A DNA stretch of 64,000 bases from NCBI GenBank assembly GCA_963665815.1, contig OY762463.1:1120001-1184000 (forward strand), written 5' to 3'. A program made the translations under genes and the position numbers. How positions within the stretch are numbered: the first letter of the stretch is position 1; each line of letters opens with the position of its first letter. This document shows, piece by piece, positions 1 to 10,297 of this stretch. The notes below the pieces were generated by a model, which saw only the letters and a program-made list of their open reading frames with translations, ran no database searches and had not been told where the DNA came from. This stretch comes from Candidatus Cloacimonadales bacterium. Lineage in GTDB: Bacteria; Cloacimonadota; Cloacimonadia; Cloacimonadales; JAIOQZ01.

Positions 1-143
1 CATACAAACTCTCAAAGAAAACTAAGCTTTATGGTGGATTCGCTATGATTTCCCCAAACAAAGATTACTTCGTAGAAGATGGAGATAGTATTAGAGAAGA
101 CTCGGCTACAGCATTGTGGTCAGGCATACAAGTAAAATGGTAA
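1..143 (+). CDS. 3' end of a probable outer-membrane beta-barrel protein (truncated by window start)
   Basis: Frame 3 is open to TAA 141-143: YKLSKKTKLYGGFAMISPNKDYFVEDGDSIREDSATALWSGIQVKW*. The alternating last strand ends in an aromatic W, and a terminator follows. Confidence 0.6.
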   Translation, partial: YKLSKKTKLYGGFAMISPNKDYFVEDGDSIREDSATALWSGIQVKW

Positions 144-174
144 TGTAAGTCACAACACAAACCTACCTCATCCG

Positions 175-203
175 AGCAGCAGATTTATTCTGCTGCTTTT
201 TTT
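175..203 (+). terminator. Rho-independent terminator
   Basis: AGCAGCAGA-TTTAT-TCTGCTGCT stem followed by a T run. Confidence 0.8.
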
Positions 204-752
204 ACAATTCAACATAATGTGCAAAAGTCTATTAAGGCCTATGAAGACCATACGCCTTTTACAACCTATGTTATTTATATATTTAAGGAACAGAGATTCA
301 TTTTATCTTGCATGTACAAGCATTTTCCAAATATTCTTCTTAAGTAGCTCAATATTGCATATTTTTTTTATTGTTCGACATTTCTTTACACATTATCTTC
401 TGCATTGCTGTATGAAGGCATCTATACATGCTTATTCTTGCCACAATGTAAACATCATGAAGTGTTTCTATTTCAAGATAAATTGCCCATACATGCTTTT
501 CACTTGTATGTACACATATCTTCTGTATGTTTATCAATCAAGGTTAACTTCTGTATTATCTTTTATAATTATAACCTTTCAATCCTTACTTTTGAGAGTT
601 GATTCAGAAAAAAAATCTTTACAAACTCTGAATTTCTTTGTATAGCTTGGTTATAAATTAAGCGGATTTGTTTTTGAATCTGTTATTATGAAATTTTCTT
701 CATATCAAAATCAGGCTTTTCTATTTTATTAACTGTACATTGAGGAGAAGTC

Positions 753-3689
753 ATGAAAAAATATTTTATAATTTTTACTATGTTGGGGCTTGTTTTTTTT
801 CTGGGAGCTGAGATTACTCATAACTTTCGGATAAATCAGGAAAATTCACATATTCAATTTGCGGGAGAAAACACCATTATCACATCACAATCAAATGTAT
901 ATGCAGTATTCTGTAAGAAACAAAATGATGCCGGTATTCTGGAGCTTGCTATTTCACATGATAATGGTACTAATTTCTCGTACTACACTATCGATACTCT
1001 TTTTACTCAGGAACCTGTAGAAATCAAAACCGTTTTGCCACAATTGAAAAAACATTATAATTCATCTATTTTCATTGTGTATAACAAAGTTGATACAGAA
1101 GGTAAATTAGTTCTTAACAAAGTTCTTTTTAATACTTCATTATTGACTTTCACAAAATCAGTAATCTCGGATGATATAACATCAGCTCCGGCATTAAGCA
1201 AGAATCCAGGAGATTTTGATGTATATTATTCCACATCATTCAGCGAAAATGTCAGCAATTACAATTTCTTCATGGACAAAATGAAAACGGACTTACCTGA
1301 ACAGGATGATTGCATGTTCTGGGGAGGCGATGAATTCTTTGGAAAAATTCACTCTAATGACAATATTTACATTAGAAATAATTTTCCCCCTTTGTTTCAT
1401 GATTATGTAACAGCTCACAACCAAATCTTGTTTGATTCAACTGAGCCTGCAATTTTGAATGATACAAACGTATTTATGGACGGAGCTGAAGAGTATAATC
1501 CTAAAAAACATCTTTCAGGTTCAGCAGATGAGCTCCGATCTATTGCTACAACACCTTTTGACCCTACTGCTGATATTGTGTATGTAAAGATTAACGGTTC
1601 AAACTATCAGTCCATGTATGCTCAAATAACAGAATCACAAGTACAGATACCTGTTTATTCATGGTATCCTGCAGATGATGATCAGGCAAGAGATATTATT
1701 AATAATGGTGGAAACTGGTATGAAGACGCAAATGTAATATGGACTAATACAGTAACCAAATACGATACAACATGGACTCCAGGACCCTCAGGAACATCTG
1801 AAAATAATCAGTTCTGGCTGGAGTCTACTTTATGGATAGAGGGCACAATTACCGGAATGCAGACCTGGGGTAGCTCTGAAGACGTATACATCACAAGTGA
1901 TATACTTTACACAGATACCCCAGTCGGTAATACTCCTGATGGCTTTAATCCACAGATGAATGACTATACTGATCCAGTAAATACTAACGATTATTTCGGA
2001 TTAGTTACAGAAGGTAGTATTTACATCAAATACAAACATAGAGATCCTTTCCAGAACAATATTCTCAGGGATGATAATTGCAGTGACATCCACCTTTACG
2101 GATGTTATGCTGCAATTGGTTATGGTGATACAGAAGAAGGTCCGGATTCCTGGAGAAATGTCAGTAAGTTAACATATGAATACAAATATCCTCATATTGG
2201 ACTCAAAGATTTCGCAAGTATCAGTCCTTATACTTTGAATGACACGACATACTCCGATGTGGTTTACCACAGATATATCACAGATGATCCATCCGAAGTT
2301 CCTGATAACCTGAAAATGTATTGCATCAGAAAACCTACTGACCATGTTCAATATCCTTTGTTATCAACAATTGCAAATGTCAGAACCCTCAATCCGAGCT
2401 ACCATAACAGTTACCCGAATACTAATCCGGAAAACACACCTCCGATGATTGCTTTTGATCTTCCGGGATATAATCCTGCGGGACCTGAACTTGTCAGCGA
2501 TTTGGCTACAGAAAGAGGTGATATTAACCTGTATGGTTCACTGGCAATTAGAAGGATGAGCTATATCCACATTAGTGGAGCAGATCCTGACAGGCACGAA
2601 GATGCAGAATGGAATTCTGAAACATGTAAATATGGAGCATTGACCTGGTCAGCCGGATATGGTAGAAACCTGTTTGCAGATGCCCGATTAGAGAATATTG
2701 ATCTTCCCGGAATCCCGAAAGTATATAATATGGATTTTAGAAGAGCTTCTCTGGAATTTCCGGCTTCACAATCAGAATACTATGTAGAATCTGACATTTC
2801 TACACAAACCAGCAAGAACTGCTATTTCGTTAATGATGGAACTATCTCTGCATTGTTTTCACAAAGATCTGAGGGTAATAGCAATTCAGGTATTCTCGAT
2901 GTTCTGATTTCAACAAGTGGCAACTCAAACTTTCAATACGAAAATATAAATCTCAATTCCAATGATTTAGTACTTAAAGATGTAGAAACTGATAACGGAG
3001 AACTTTATCTTCACTTTTACAACACTTCTCAAGAATACAATACAATATATATATATGATTATAACGATAACCGTTTAACTGAAACATGTCAATTCGCTTC
3101 AGATTTCGATGAAAGTGATATTGGCTTCCTTAATGATGGCAACGTTGTTATTGCTGTTTCTGAATGTAGTAATGATTCACAGATTGTATTTTATGATGAA
3201 GCAGATCCTGCAACAGCCTTAATGTACTGGAATCCTGCATTTATAGATGATTCTTCTGTCTCCCCTGTTTCTGCAATCAATCTGAATATAACCGCAAATG
3301 ATAATGTACAGATCGCAGTTCAGACAAATGAAGAAAGTAACTGGGGAAATTTATATATTGGTCAGGGGGTCATGAATACGATAGCATCCCATGAGGATGT
3401 TAATCCTTCAGACAAATTCAGTATACGTAATTTCCCAAATCCATTTAATCCGGAAACAACGATTTCATTCACTATCCCGGAAGATGATAACGTAAAAATT
3501 ACAATATATAACTTGAAAGGTCAAAAAGTTAAAACTTTGCTTAATGAGGACCTTAAAAAGGGAACTCATTCTGTAAAATGGGATGGAACTGATTCTCAAA
3601 ACAAAAATGTTTGTTCAGGTGTATATTTATATAAATTGAAAACTAATAACAAAACACAAAGTCTCAACAAATGTCTCTTACTTAAGTAG
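753..3689 (+). CDS. Secreted protein, paralog 1: signal peptide, Asp-box propeller segments, DUF4900-like insert, FlgD/Por-secretion C-terminal domain
   Basis: GAGGAG SD; signal peptide MKKYFIIFTMLGLVFFLGA; Asp-box SHDNGTNF; FWGGDEFFGKIHSND, FGLVTEGSIY, RGDINLYGS, GYGRNLFADARL..LPGIP; C-terminal NFPNPFNPET...IYNLKGQKVKTL...KCLLLK. Confidence 0.85.
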   Translation: MKKYFIIFTMLGLVFFLGAEITHNFRINQENSHIQFAGENTIITSQSNVYAVFCKKQNDAGILELAISHDNGTNFSYYTIDTLFTQEPVEIKTVLPQLKKHYNSSIFIVYNKVDTEGKLVLNKVLFNTSLLTFTKSVISDDITSAPALSKNPGDFDVYYSTSFSENVSNYNFFMDKMKTDLPEQDDCMFWGGDEFFGKIHSNDNIYIRNNFPPLFHDYVTAHNQILFDSTEPAILNDTNVFMDGAEEYNPKKHLSGSADELRSIATTPFDPTADIVYVKINGSNYQSMYAQITESQVQIPVYSWYPADDDQARDIINNGGNWYEDANVIWTNTVTKYDTTWTPGPSGTSENNQFWLESTLWIEGTITGMQTWGSSEDVYITSDILYTDTPVGNTPDGFNPQMNDYTDPVNTNDYFGLVTEGSIYIKYKHRDPFQNNILRDDNCSDIHLYGCYAAIGYGDTEEGPDSWRNVSKLTYEYKYPHIGLKDFASISPYTLNDTTYSDVVYHRYITDDPSEVPDNLKMYCIRKPTDHVQYPLLSTIANVRTLNPSYHNSYPNTNPENTPPMIAFDLPGYNPAGPELVSDLATERGDINLYGSLAIRRMSYIHISGADPDRHEDAEWNSETCKYGALTWSAGYGRNLFADARLENIDLPGIPKVYNMDFRRASLEFPASQSEYYVESDISTQTSKNCYFVNDGTISALFSQRSEGNSNSGILDVLISTSGNSNFQYENINLNSNDLVLKDVETDNGELYLHFYNTSQEYNTIYIYDYNDNRLTETCQFASDFDESDIGFLNDGNVVIAVSECSNDSQIVFYDEADPATALMYWNPAFIDDSSVSPVSAINLNITANDNVQIAVQTNEESNWGNLYIGQGVMNTIASHEDVNPSDKFSIRNFPNPFNPETTISFTIPEDDNVKITIYNLKGQKVKTLLNEDLKKGTHSVKWDGTDSQNKNVCSGVYLYKLKTNNKTQSLNKCLLLK

Positions 3690-3706
3690 CGTATACTTAA
3701 CTCCGT

Positions 3707-3737
3707 AAAGCCCTGTAGATTTGCAGGGCTTTTTTTT
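3707..3737 (+). terminator. Rho-independent terminator
   Basis: AAAGCCCTGTA-GATT-TGCAGGGCTTT followed by a T run. Confidence 0.8.
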
Positions 3738-4076
3738 GTCCCGGCCTAACAAAACAGAGGCTTCATCATAATTGGAGTCATTTCCGGATGTCCTGATGAC
3801 AAGCAATGCATTAACATATTCATCATATTGCAGCATTGCAATTGTGTATTATAAACAATTAAAATTGTTCATGTTAATGATGTTTACTTCAAAATGCTAA
3901 TTATGAGTTATCAACAGAAATTTTATTTCACTGTTTTTACAGAAAAAGCTTTACAATTCAAAAACTATAATTATATTTTTGTTCAAATGATTATTCATTT
4001 ACCTTAAACCATAATAAAACACTTCAAAATTGTCTCTTTTTAACTTTGCAAATTTTTATATAATAATGGAGAAGCT

Positions 4077-7004
4077 ATGAACAAGACTATATTGTTTTTT
4101 GTTATGTTATGGGTTGCAGCATATGTTTGTGCTGACATTACAAGTGAGATCAAGGTAAATCAAGATAACACAGTTGTCAGGTTAGCCGGAGAAAATGCCG
4201 TTCTGAAAGATAACAACAGATTATGCGTTACATACTGCCTTAAGCAGGGGAATGAAGGAGTGCTTGAACTTGCAATATCAGAAGATCAGGGGGATTCTTT
4301 CTCATACTATGCCATTGACACTCTCTACACTCAGATACCGGAAAATCCGGATTTATTCCTGCCCCAACTCAAAAAATACAACAATGATTTAATATACATT
4401 GTATACAATAAATTGGATGATAACGGAAAAATAGTGCTCTGCAAAGCTGCCATGAGCTTTTTCTCTGACAGCATAACCAGATCAGTTATAGCCGATTCCC
4501 TCACATCGCCCCCAATCCTCAGTAAAGATGAAAATGACTTCAACGTTTATTACGCCTACTCTACTGTGGAAAATGCCAGTGATTACTGTCTGTTCTGGGA
4601 TGATCATCACCTATTTTATCAGGGAATAGGTATTATGAAACTCTGGGGTCGTGATACTTTTTATGGAAGTATTCACTCTAATACCAGATTCATCCTGCAG
4701 AACAGCAGCAATCCTGTAATATTAGGTAAAACAACAGCTCATGAAGATATTGTAATGGAAACTGGTGTTCATGCACCTTTAGATAATGCACAAATATTTT
4801 ACGAGGGTGCACAGGACTTTGTAAAAAAGAAAAATCTTTCCGGTACTGCGGATGAACTTAGAGCTATTGCTTTAACACCGTTTGATTCTACTGCAGATAT
4901 TGTATATGTTAAAATCAATGGCAGCAGCTACCAGTCAATGTATGCATATATATCTGAAACACAGATTCAGGTTCCGGTTTACTCATGGTATCCTGCTGAC
5001 GACATTCAGGCAAGAGACATTATCAACAATGGTGGAAACTGGTTTGAAGATGCAAATGTAATATGGACGAATAATATCACAAAATATGACACAACTTGGG
5101 TTCAAGGACCTGCCGGTATTGCGGAAAATCATCAGTTCTGGTTAGAAAGCATTCTCTGGATAGAAGGAACTGTTTCCGGAAAGCAGACATGGGGATCTGC
5201 AAAAGATATTTATATTACCAGTGATATTCTTTACACAAATACACTTCAGGGAGATCATCCTGACGGATATAACCCTTCAACTGGAGAATATACGAATCCA
5301 GTTAATTCTACAGACTTCTGCGGTCTTGTTTCTGAGGATATGATATTTGTGAAATACAAACATAGAGACCCTTTCCAGAACAATTTGCTGAGAGTTGACA
5401 ACTGCACCGATATTGACATATATGCAAGTCTTGCTGCAATTGGATATGGAGAACCAGTTGCAGGTACTGACATAGTACTTCATTCCAGTGCTATCACTTT
5501 TGAATATAGAGAACCTCATATAGGCTTAAAGGATTTTAGTAGCATCAGTCCGTATACTCAGAATGATACAACATATACAAATGTAGTATATCATAGATAC
5601 ATCCTTGATGATCCTGCGAATGTACCTGACAGCCTGCAAATGTACTGTCTGAGGGATTTACCTCAATATGTTTATCAATATAATGACAATACACAAGCAA
5701 CTGCAAATCCGCTTTATCATAATAATTACCCAAATATCCCGGCATCGACTTGCCCTCCTATGTTTGCATATGATTTACCTGGATACAATCCTGTTGGTCC
5801 GGAAAAGTACAGTGATATTGTAAATGAACGTGGCCATGTTAACTATTATGGTGCTTATGTTTCTCGTAATACTGGGTTTATACATTCCAGTGGAAGCGAT
5901 CCCTTGAGGCATCAGGGAGCTAAATGGGATTTAGATAATTATATTCTAGGTAGTACAACCTCTTCTAATGGTTATAGTAGAGACTATCTTTACGACAAAA
6001 GACTACTGACGAATGAACTCCCCGGATTCCCAAAAGTATACAGTCTCGCCTATGGTGGATATTCTCTTATTGATGATACGGAGCTGTTCGAAGACAACAG
6101 AACAATTGAGTCACTCGCCAGAAAATGCAATGGTGGATATTTTGCCAGTTCAGACAGTATATATGCACTATTCTTTCAGAGAGATTTCGAAGACCGGACA
6201 ATATGTGAGTTTGATATTTACCTTTCTATAGATAATGGACAAAACTTTGACTATAGAATGGTCTCTCTTGATACTCAGGGCTTAACACTCAAAGACATTG
6301 AAATCAGTGAGAATGAGGTTTATGTACTGCTATATAATACTATAACAGAAAACGATGTCGTCTATACTTATGATAAAATTAATAACACATTCTCCGAGTA
6401 CGCACAGATTCGCTCAGATTTTGGAGTAAGTGACATGGCTTTCTTTTCCAACAACAGCTTCATAATTGCTGCACCGGAAAGAGAAACTGAAACACGAGTA
6501 GCATTTTACGCTGAGAACATCCTGCCAGGTGCATCAATGTACTGGAATCCGTTCTTTATAGATGACACATCTGACAATCCGATTACTGAAATTGCATTAC
6601 ATGTTTCCTCAACTGACGATTTATTATTAGGTGTTCAAACGAACAGCATTTCGGGATGGGGAGATATGTATCTCGGTGAGGGTGTTTATATAAATACCCC
6701 TACCCATGAAGACATAAATCCGGTACAGGAATACAGCATCAGTAATTACCCTAATCCATTTAATCCGGAAACGAATATTTATTACTCAATTCCAGAGGAT
6801 GCTCATGTTGAAATATTAATTTATAACATCAAGGGACAGAGAGTTAAGACTCTATTGAATGAAAAAGTTTCGAAAGGTAAATACAATATTGTCTGGAATG
6901 GTGTCGATGAAAATAACACACCTGTTGCTTCAGGTGTATATTTCTATAATTTGAGGGCTGATAACAGGACTATCAGCGTTAATAAATGTGTATTGATAAA
7001 ATAA
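4077..7004 (+). CDS. Secreted protein, paralog 2 (same architecture)
   Basis: GGAG SD; signal peptide; Asp-boxes SEDQGDSF and SIDNGQNF; collinear with paralog 1; C-terminal NYPNPFNPET...KCVLIK. Confidence 0.85.
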   Translation: MNKTILFFVMLWVAAYVCADITSEIKVNQDNTVVRLAGENAVLKDNNRLCVTYCLKQGNEGVLELAISEDQGDSFSYYAIDTLYTQIPENPDLFLPQLKKYNNDLIYIVYNKLDDNGKIVLCKAAMSFFSDSITRSVIADSLTSPPILSKDENDFNVYYAYSTVENASDYCLFWDDHHLFYQGIGIMKLWGRDTFYGSIHSNTRFILQNSSNPVILGKTTAHEDIVMETGVHAPLDNAQIFYEGAQDFVKKKNLSGTADELRAIALTPFDSTADIVYVKINGSSYQSMYAYISETQIQVPVYSWYPADDIQARDIINNGGNWFEDANVIWTNNITKYDTTWVQGPAGIAENHQFWLESILWIEGTVSGKQTWGSAKDIYITSDILYTNTLQGDHPDGYNPSTGEYTNPVNSTDFCGLVSEDMIFVKYKHRDPFQNNLLRVDNCTDIDIYASLAAIGYGEPVAGTDIVLHSSAITFEYREPHIGLKDFSSISPYTQNDTTYTNVVYHRYILDDPANVPDSLQMYCLRDLPQYVYQYNDNTQATANPLYHNNYPNIPASTCPPMFAYDLPGYNPVGPEKYSDIVNERGHVNYYGAYVSRNTGFIHSSGSDPLRHQGAKWDLDNYILGSTTSSNGYSRDYLYDKRLLTNELPGFPKVYSLAYGGYSLIDDTELFEDNRTIESLARKCNGGYFASSDSIYALFFQRDFEDRTICEFDIYLSIDNGQNFDYRMVSLDTQGLTLKDIEISENEVYVLLYNTITENDVVYTYDKINNTFSEYAQIRSDFGVSDMAFFSNNSFIIAAPERETETRVAFYAENILPGASMYWNPFFIDDTSDNPITEIALHVSSTDDLLLGVQTNSISGWGDMYLGEGVYINTPTHEDINPVQEYSISNYPNPFNPETNIYYSIPEDAHVEILIYNIKGQRVKTLLNEKVSKGKYNIVWNGVDENNTPVASGVYFYNLRADNRTISVNKCVLIK

Positions 7005-7021
7005 CACAAACCTGACAATGT

Positions 7022-7052
7022 ATGAGTCCTGCAGTTTTTGCGGGACTCATTT
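7022..7052 (+). terminator. Probable terminator hairpin
   Basis: ATGAGTCCTGCA-GTTTT-TGCGGGACTCAT with a short T tail. Confidence 0.65.
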
Positions 7053-7184
7053 AAAAAGGATTTTCTGAACAGATATACTTCTGTTTGATCTTTTTATCAT
7101 TATAGAAAAGTAATCTATTGGTATTTTGTTGGGATATCTCAGAACATGAGGTATAAATGCAGATTACACCGTAAAGGAGATGCT

Positions 7185-10118
7185 ATGAACAAGTTACTAA
7201 TGCTATTGATCTTAGTAATGCTTTCTCAGCTACTTATTGCAGATATAAACCTTGAGTTTCAGATCAGCGATAACAACTCACAAGTAAGATTCTCAGGTGA
7301 GAATGCGATAATAAATTCACAGTCAAACATTTATGCAGTATATTGCAGAAAAGAAGGCAATTCAGGTATTCTTGAACTTGCAATAGCTAATGGGTACGCA
7401 GCTCCTTTTACGAGGTATACATTAGATACTTTATATACTGAAACACCTGCAAACATTGAAAACGTTCTCCCGGTTATAAAAGAGAGAAACTCAGTTGAGT
7501 TGATGATTCTCTATAACAAATTGAACCGGAATAACTGCCTTGTCCTTCATAAAGCAATTTTCAATACAACGCAGAATACATTCACTGTATCTGAACTGAC
7601 CGATGAAATAACTTCTGCGCCGGTTGTAAGTAAAGACTCGAATGATATGTATGTGTATTACTCAACATCTTTCAGAGAGAAACCATATGAGTACTGCTAC
7701 TTCATTGATACTATGAGATCAGTGATGCCCGAACAGAATCCGGTAAGGCTTTATTCTTTCACAAAGCTATTCGGTAAAGTGCATTCTAATGACAACGTTG
7801 AGTTGAACCCGGCATCAATGCCCTTTTTCACAGATACTGTAAGTGCCTGCAATAGAATTCTTTGTGGTCATCAACCTGCTCCGCTTGATAACCAAAATTT
7901 TTTTGAAAAGGGAGGAAGAGAGTTTGTTAAAAGGAAAAACTTACCTCAGACAGCTACAGATTTAAGATCCATTGCGTCAACACCATTCGATTCAACTGCA
8001 GAAATTGTTTATGTTAAAATTAATGGATCTACATATCAATCCATGTACGCAAACATTACAGAAACTCAGTTGCAGATACCTGTTTACTCCTGGTTCCCGG
8101 CAGATGATGATCAGGCAAGAAACATTATTGCAAACGGTGGAAACTGGTATGAGGATGCTCATGTAATCTGGACCAATACTGTAACAAAATACGATACTGT
8201 CTGGACTCAGGGACCTTCCGGAACATGTGAAAACAACCAGTTCTGGCTGAACACAACTCTATGGATAGAAGGAACAGTATCCGGGATGCAGGTCTGGGGT
8301 TCTTCCAAAGATGTCTATATTACAGGAGATATTCTTTACACTGATACTCCTCAAGGGCAGAATCCGGACGGATACAATACATCTACAGAAGATTATACAG
8401 ATCCTGTAAATACAAATGATTATTTTGGATTAGTTACAGAAGGTAATATTTATCTGAAATACAAACACCGGGATCCGTTCCTAAATGGTTTACTCAGAGA
8501 TGATAACTGTTACGACCTGCATATGTATGGAAGTTATGCTGCAATTGGTTTTGGCGAAACTCAGAACGCTCCATATCGATGGCATAACACAAGCTCGATA
8601 TCTTTTGAGTATTTCTGTTCTCATCATGGTCTCAAAGATTTCCAGAGTATAAGCCCCTACACTTTGAATGACACACTGTTTTCTGATGTAATTTATAATA
8701 GATACATTGTTGCCGATCCGGCTACAGTTCCGGACAGTCTCAGAATATACTGTCTGAACAACCCAACCTCTTACATTACATTCCCCGATAACCCGAATAC
8801 ACTTTCTCCCAGAATATTGAATCCAGCCTATCATAACAGCTACCCAAATGATAATGTTATTAATACTCCCCCAATGCTTACCTTTGATTTTCCTGGATTC
8901 AACCCAGTAGGTCCTGAGAATATTTACGAAATATGCCATGAAAGAGGAGACTTGTATATTTACGGATCAGTCATTACAAGAAGAGTCGGCTTCTTTCGTT
9001 CAGACGGAGATAGCGATTACAGACATTATAGAGCCGTATGGGACCTTAAAAACCACAAATACGGAACCGATACGAATATGGCCGGCTATGAATATAGATG
9101 GATGTTCCATGATAAAAGACTGGATGACTTTTACTTACCGGGATTTCCTCTGGTAAACAACATTAGTTTTGAAAGGATATCATTATCGGATGATTCACTC
9201 GATATCAAGTCAGATGTAACAGAAACTACTCAAAGCTATATAAGTAAAAACTGCTTCTTTGTAGAAGATGATACTCTTAAAGTTTTTATATCTCAGAGGG
9301 ATATTGATGATTCTCCAATTTCGATGTTCGATGTATATTCTTCCTCAAACAATAATGAAATGCAATACAACATTCTTACTTCAAATACATCTGACATGCT
9401 ATTAACTGACGTAAAGCTTTACAATGGAATAATATATTTAATGTTCTTCGATAGTTTTTCTTCAGAAAGCGCTATTTATCAACATGATGTTACTGGAAAT
9501 ACGCTAACTGAACATACTCAATTCACATCAGGTTTTGAATCAGTCAATATGGATTTTCTGTTTGATGATCAAGTTGCTATTGCTGTTCCGGAAATCGGTA
9601 ACAACAATAGGATAGTATTTTACTCAGAAGCATTCCCGAATAGTCACTTCTTTGATTGGGATCCCTCATTCATTGATGACAATTCAACGAATCCTGTATC
9701 AGAGATCTACTTTGACACATTTGGAAATGACAATATTTTTGCCTGTATACTGACTGATGAAGGTAATGGTTGGGGAAAAATATGGGTAGGTAATGGTAGT
9801 TACAGTATTACGGGCACAGATGAAGAAGTTATTCCGTCGAATGATTTCAATATCTCAAACTATCCGAATCCATTCAATCCTGAAACAAATATTTCTTACT
9901 CAATTCCGGAAGATGCAAATGTTGAAATTTCCATTTATAACATCAAAGGACAGAAAGTTAAAACTCTGCTTAATGAACAAGTACTTAAGGGAAACCACAA
10001 TGTTATATGGAATGGAGTAGATGACAACAATAGATCTGTCGGATCAGGAGTATATTTTTACAAGTTGAAGGCTGATAATAAAACAATAAGTGTTAATAAA
10101 TGTGTACTGATAAAGTAA
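7185..10118 (+). CDS. Secreted protein, paralog 3 (same architecture)
   Basis: Start moved to ATG 7185 (AAGGAG SD, signal peptide MNKLLMLLILVMLSQLLIA); collinear with the other paralogs; FlgD/Por C-terminal domain. Confidence 0.85.
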   Translation: MNKLLMLLILVMLSQLLIADINLEFQISDNNSQVRFSGENAIINSQSNIYAVYCRKEGNSGILELAIANGYAAPFTRYTLDTLYTETPANIENVLPVIKERNSVELMILYNKLNRNNCLVLHKAIFNTTQNTFTVSELTDEITSAPVVSKDSNDMYVYYSTSFREKPYEYCYFIDTMRSVMPEQNPVRLYSFTKLFGKVHSNDNVELNPASMPFFTDTVSACNRILCGHQPAPLDNQNFFEKGGREFVKRKNLPQTATDLRSIASTPFDSTAEIVYVKINGSTYQSMYANITETQLQIPVYSWFPADDDQARNIIANGGNWYEDAHVIWTNTVTKYDTVWTQGPSGTCENNQFWLNTTLWIEGTVSGMQVWGSSKDVYITGDILYTDTPQGQNPDGYNTSTEDYTDPVNTNDYFGLVTEGNIYLKYKHRDPFLNGLLRDDNCYDLHMYGSYAAIGFGETQNAPYRWHNTSSISFEYFCSHHGLKDFQSISPYTLNDTLFSDVIYNRYIVADPATVPDSLRIYCLNNPTSYITFPDNPNTLSPRILNPAYHNSYPNDNVINTPPMLTFDFPGFNPVGPENIYEICHERGDLYIYGSVITRRVGFFRSDGDSDYRHYRAVWDLKNHKYGTDTNMAGYEYRWMFHDKRLDDFYLPGFPLVNNISFERISLSDDSLDIKSDVTETTQSYISKNCFFVEDDTLKVFISQRDIDDSPISMFDVYSSSNNNEMQYNILTSNTSDMLLTDVKLYNGIIYLMFFDSFSSESAIYQHDVTGNTLTEHTQFTSGFESVNMDFLFDDQVAIAVPEIGNNNRIVFYSEAFPNSHFFDWDPSFIDDNSTNPVSEIYFDTFGNDNIFACILTDEGNGWGKIWVGNGSYSITGTDEEVIPSNDFNISNYPNPFNPETNISYSIPEDANVEISIYNIKGQKVKTLLNEQVLKGNHNVIWNGVDDNNRSVGSGVYFYKLKADNKTISVNKCVLIK

Positions 10119-10137
10119 AGATATTAATAAATAAGGT

Positions 10138-10165
10138 AAGCCCTGCTTGTTGCAGGGCTTTATTT
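10138..10165 (+). terminator. Terminator hairpin, identical to the one after paralog 4
   Basis: AAGCCCTGC-TTGTT-GCAGGGCTT followed by TATTT. Confidence 0.7.
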
Positions 10166-10297
10166 AAAAAAATCTTTACAAGTTTATACTTGTAGTTAAG
10201 TTATAGTTAAAATTATAGATTTAGTCATTGTTTGAAATTTGTTGGGAAGTTTCAATCATTATTGTTACAGGTATTTTTATTTACAAAAGGAGACATT

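Noticed and set aside
424-498. Direct repeat ATACATGCTT at 424-433 and 489-498
   Set aside because: Only two 10-bp copies in AT-rich DNA; not a CRISPR array and not distinguishable from chance.
217-645. 142-aa, 65-aa and 62-aa ORFs in the AT-rich gap before paralog 1
   Set aside because: No SD, implausible Cys/Phe/Tyr-rich composition and mutual overlap; more likely regulatory DNA.
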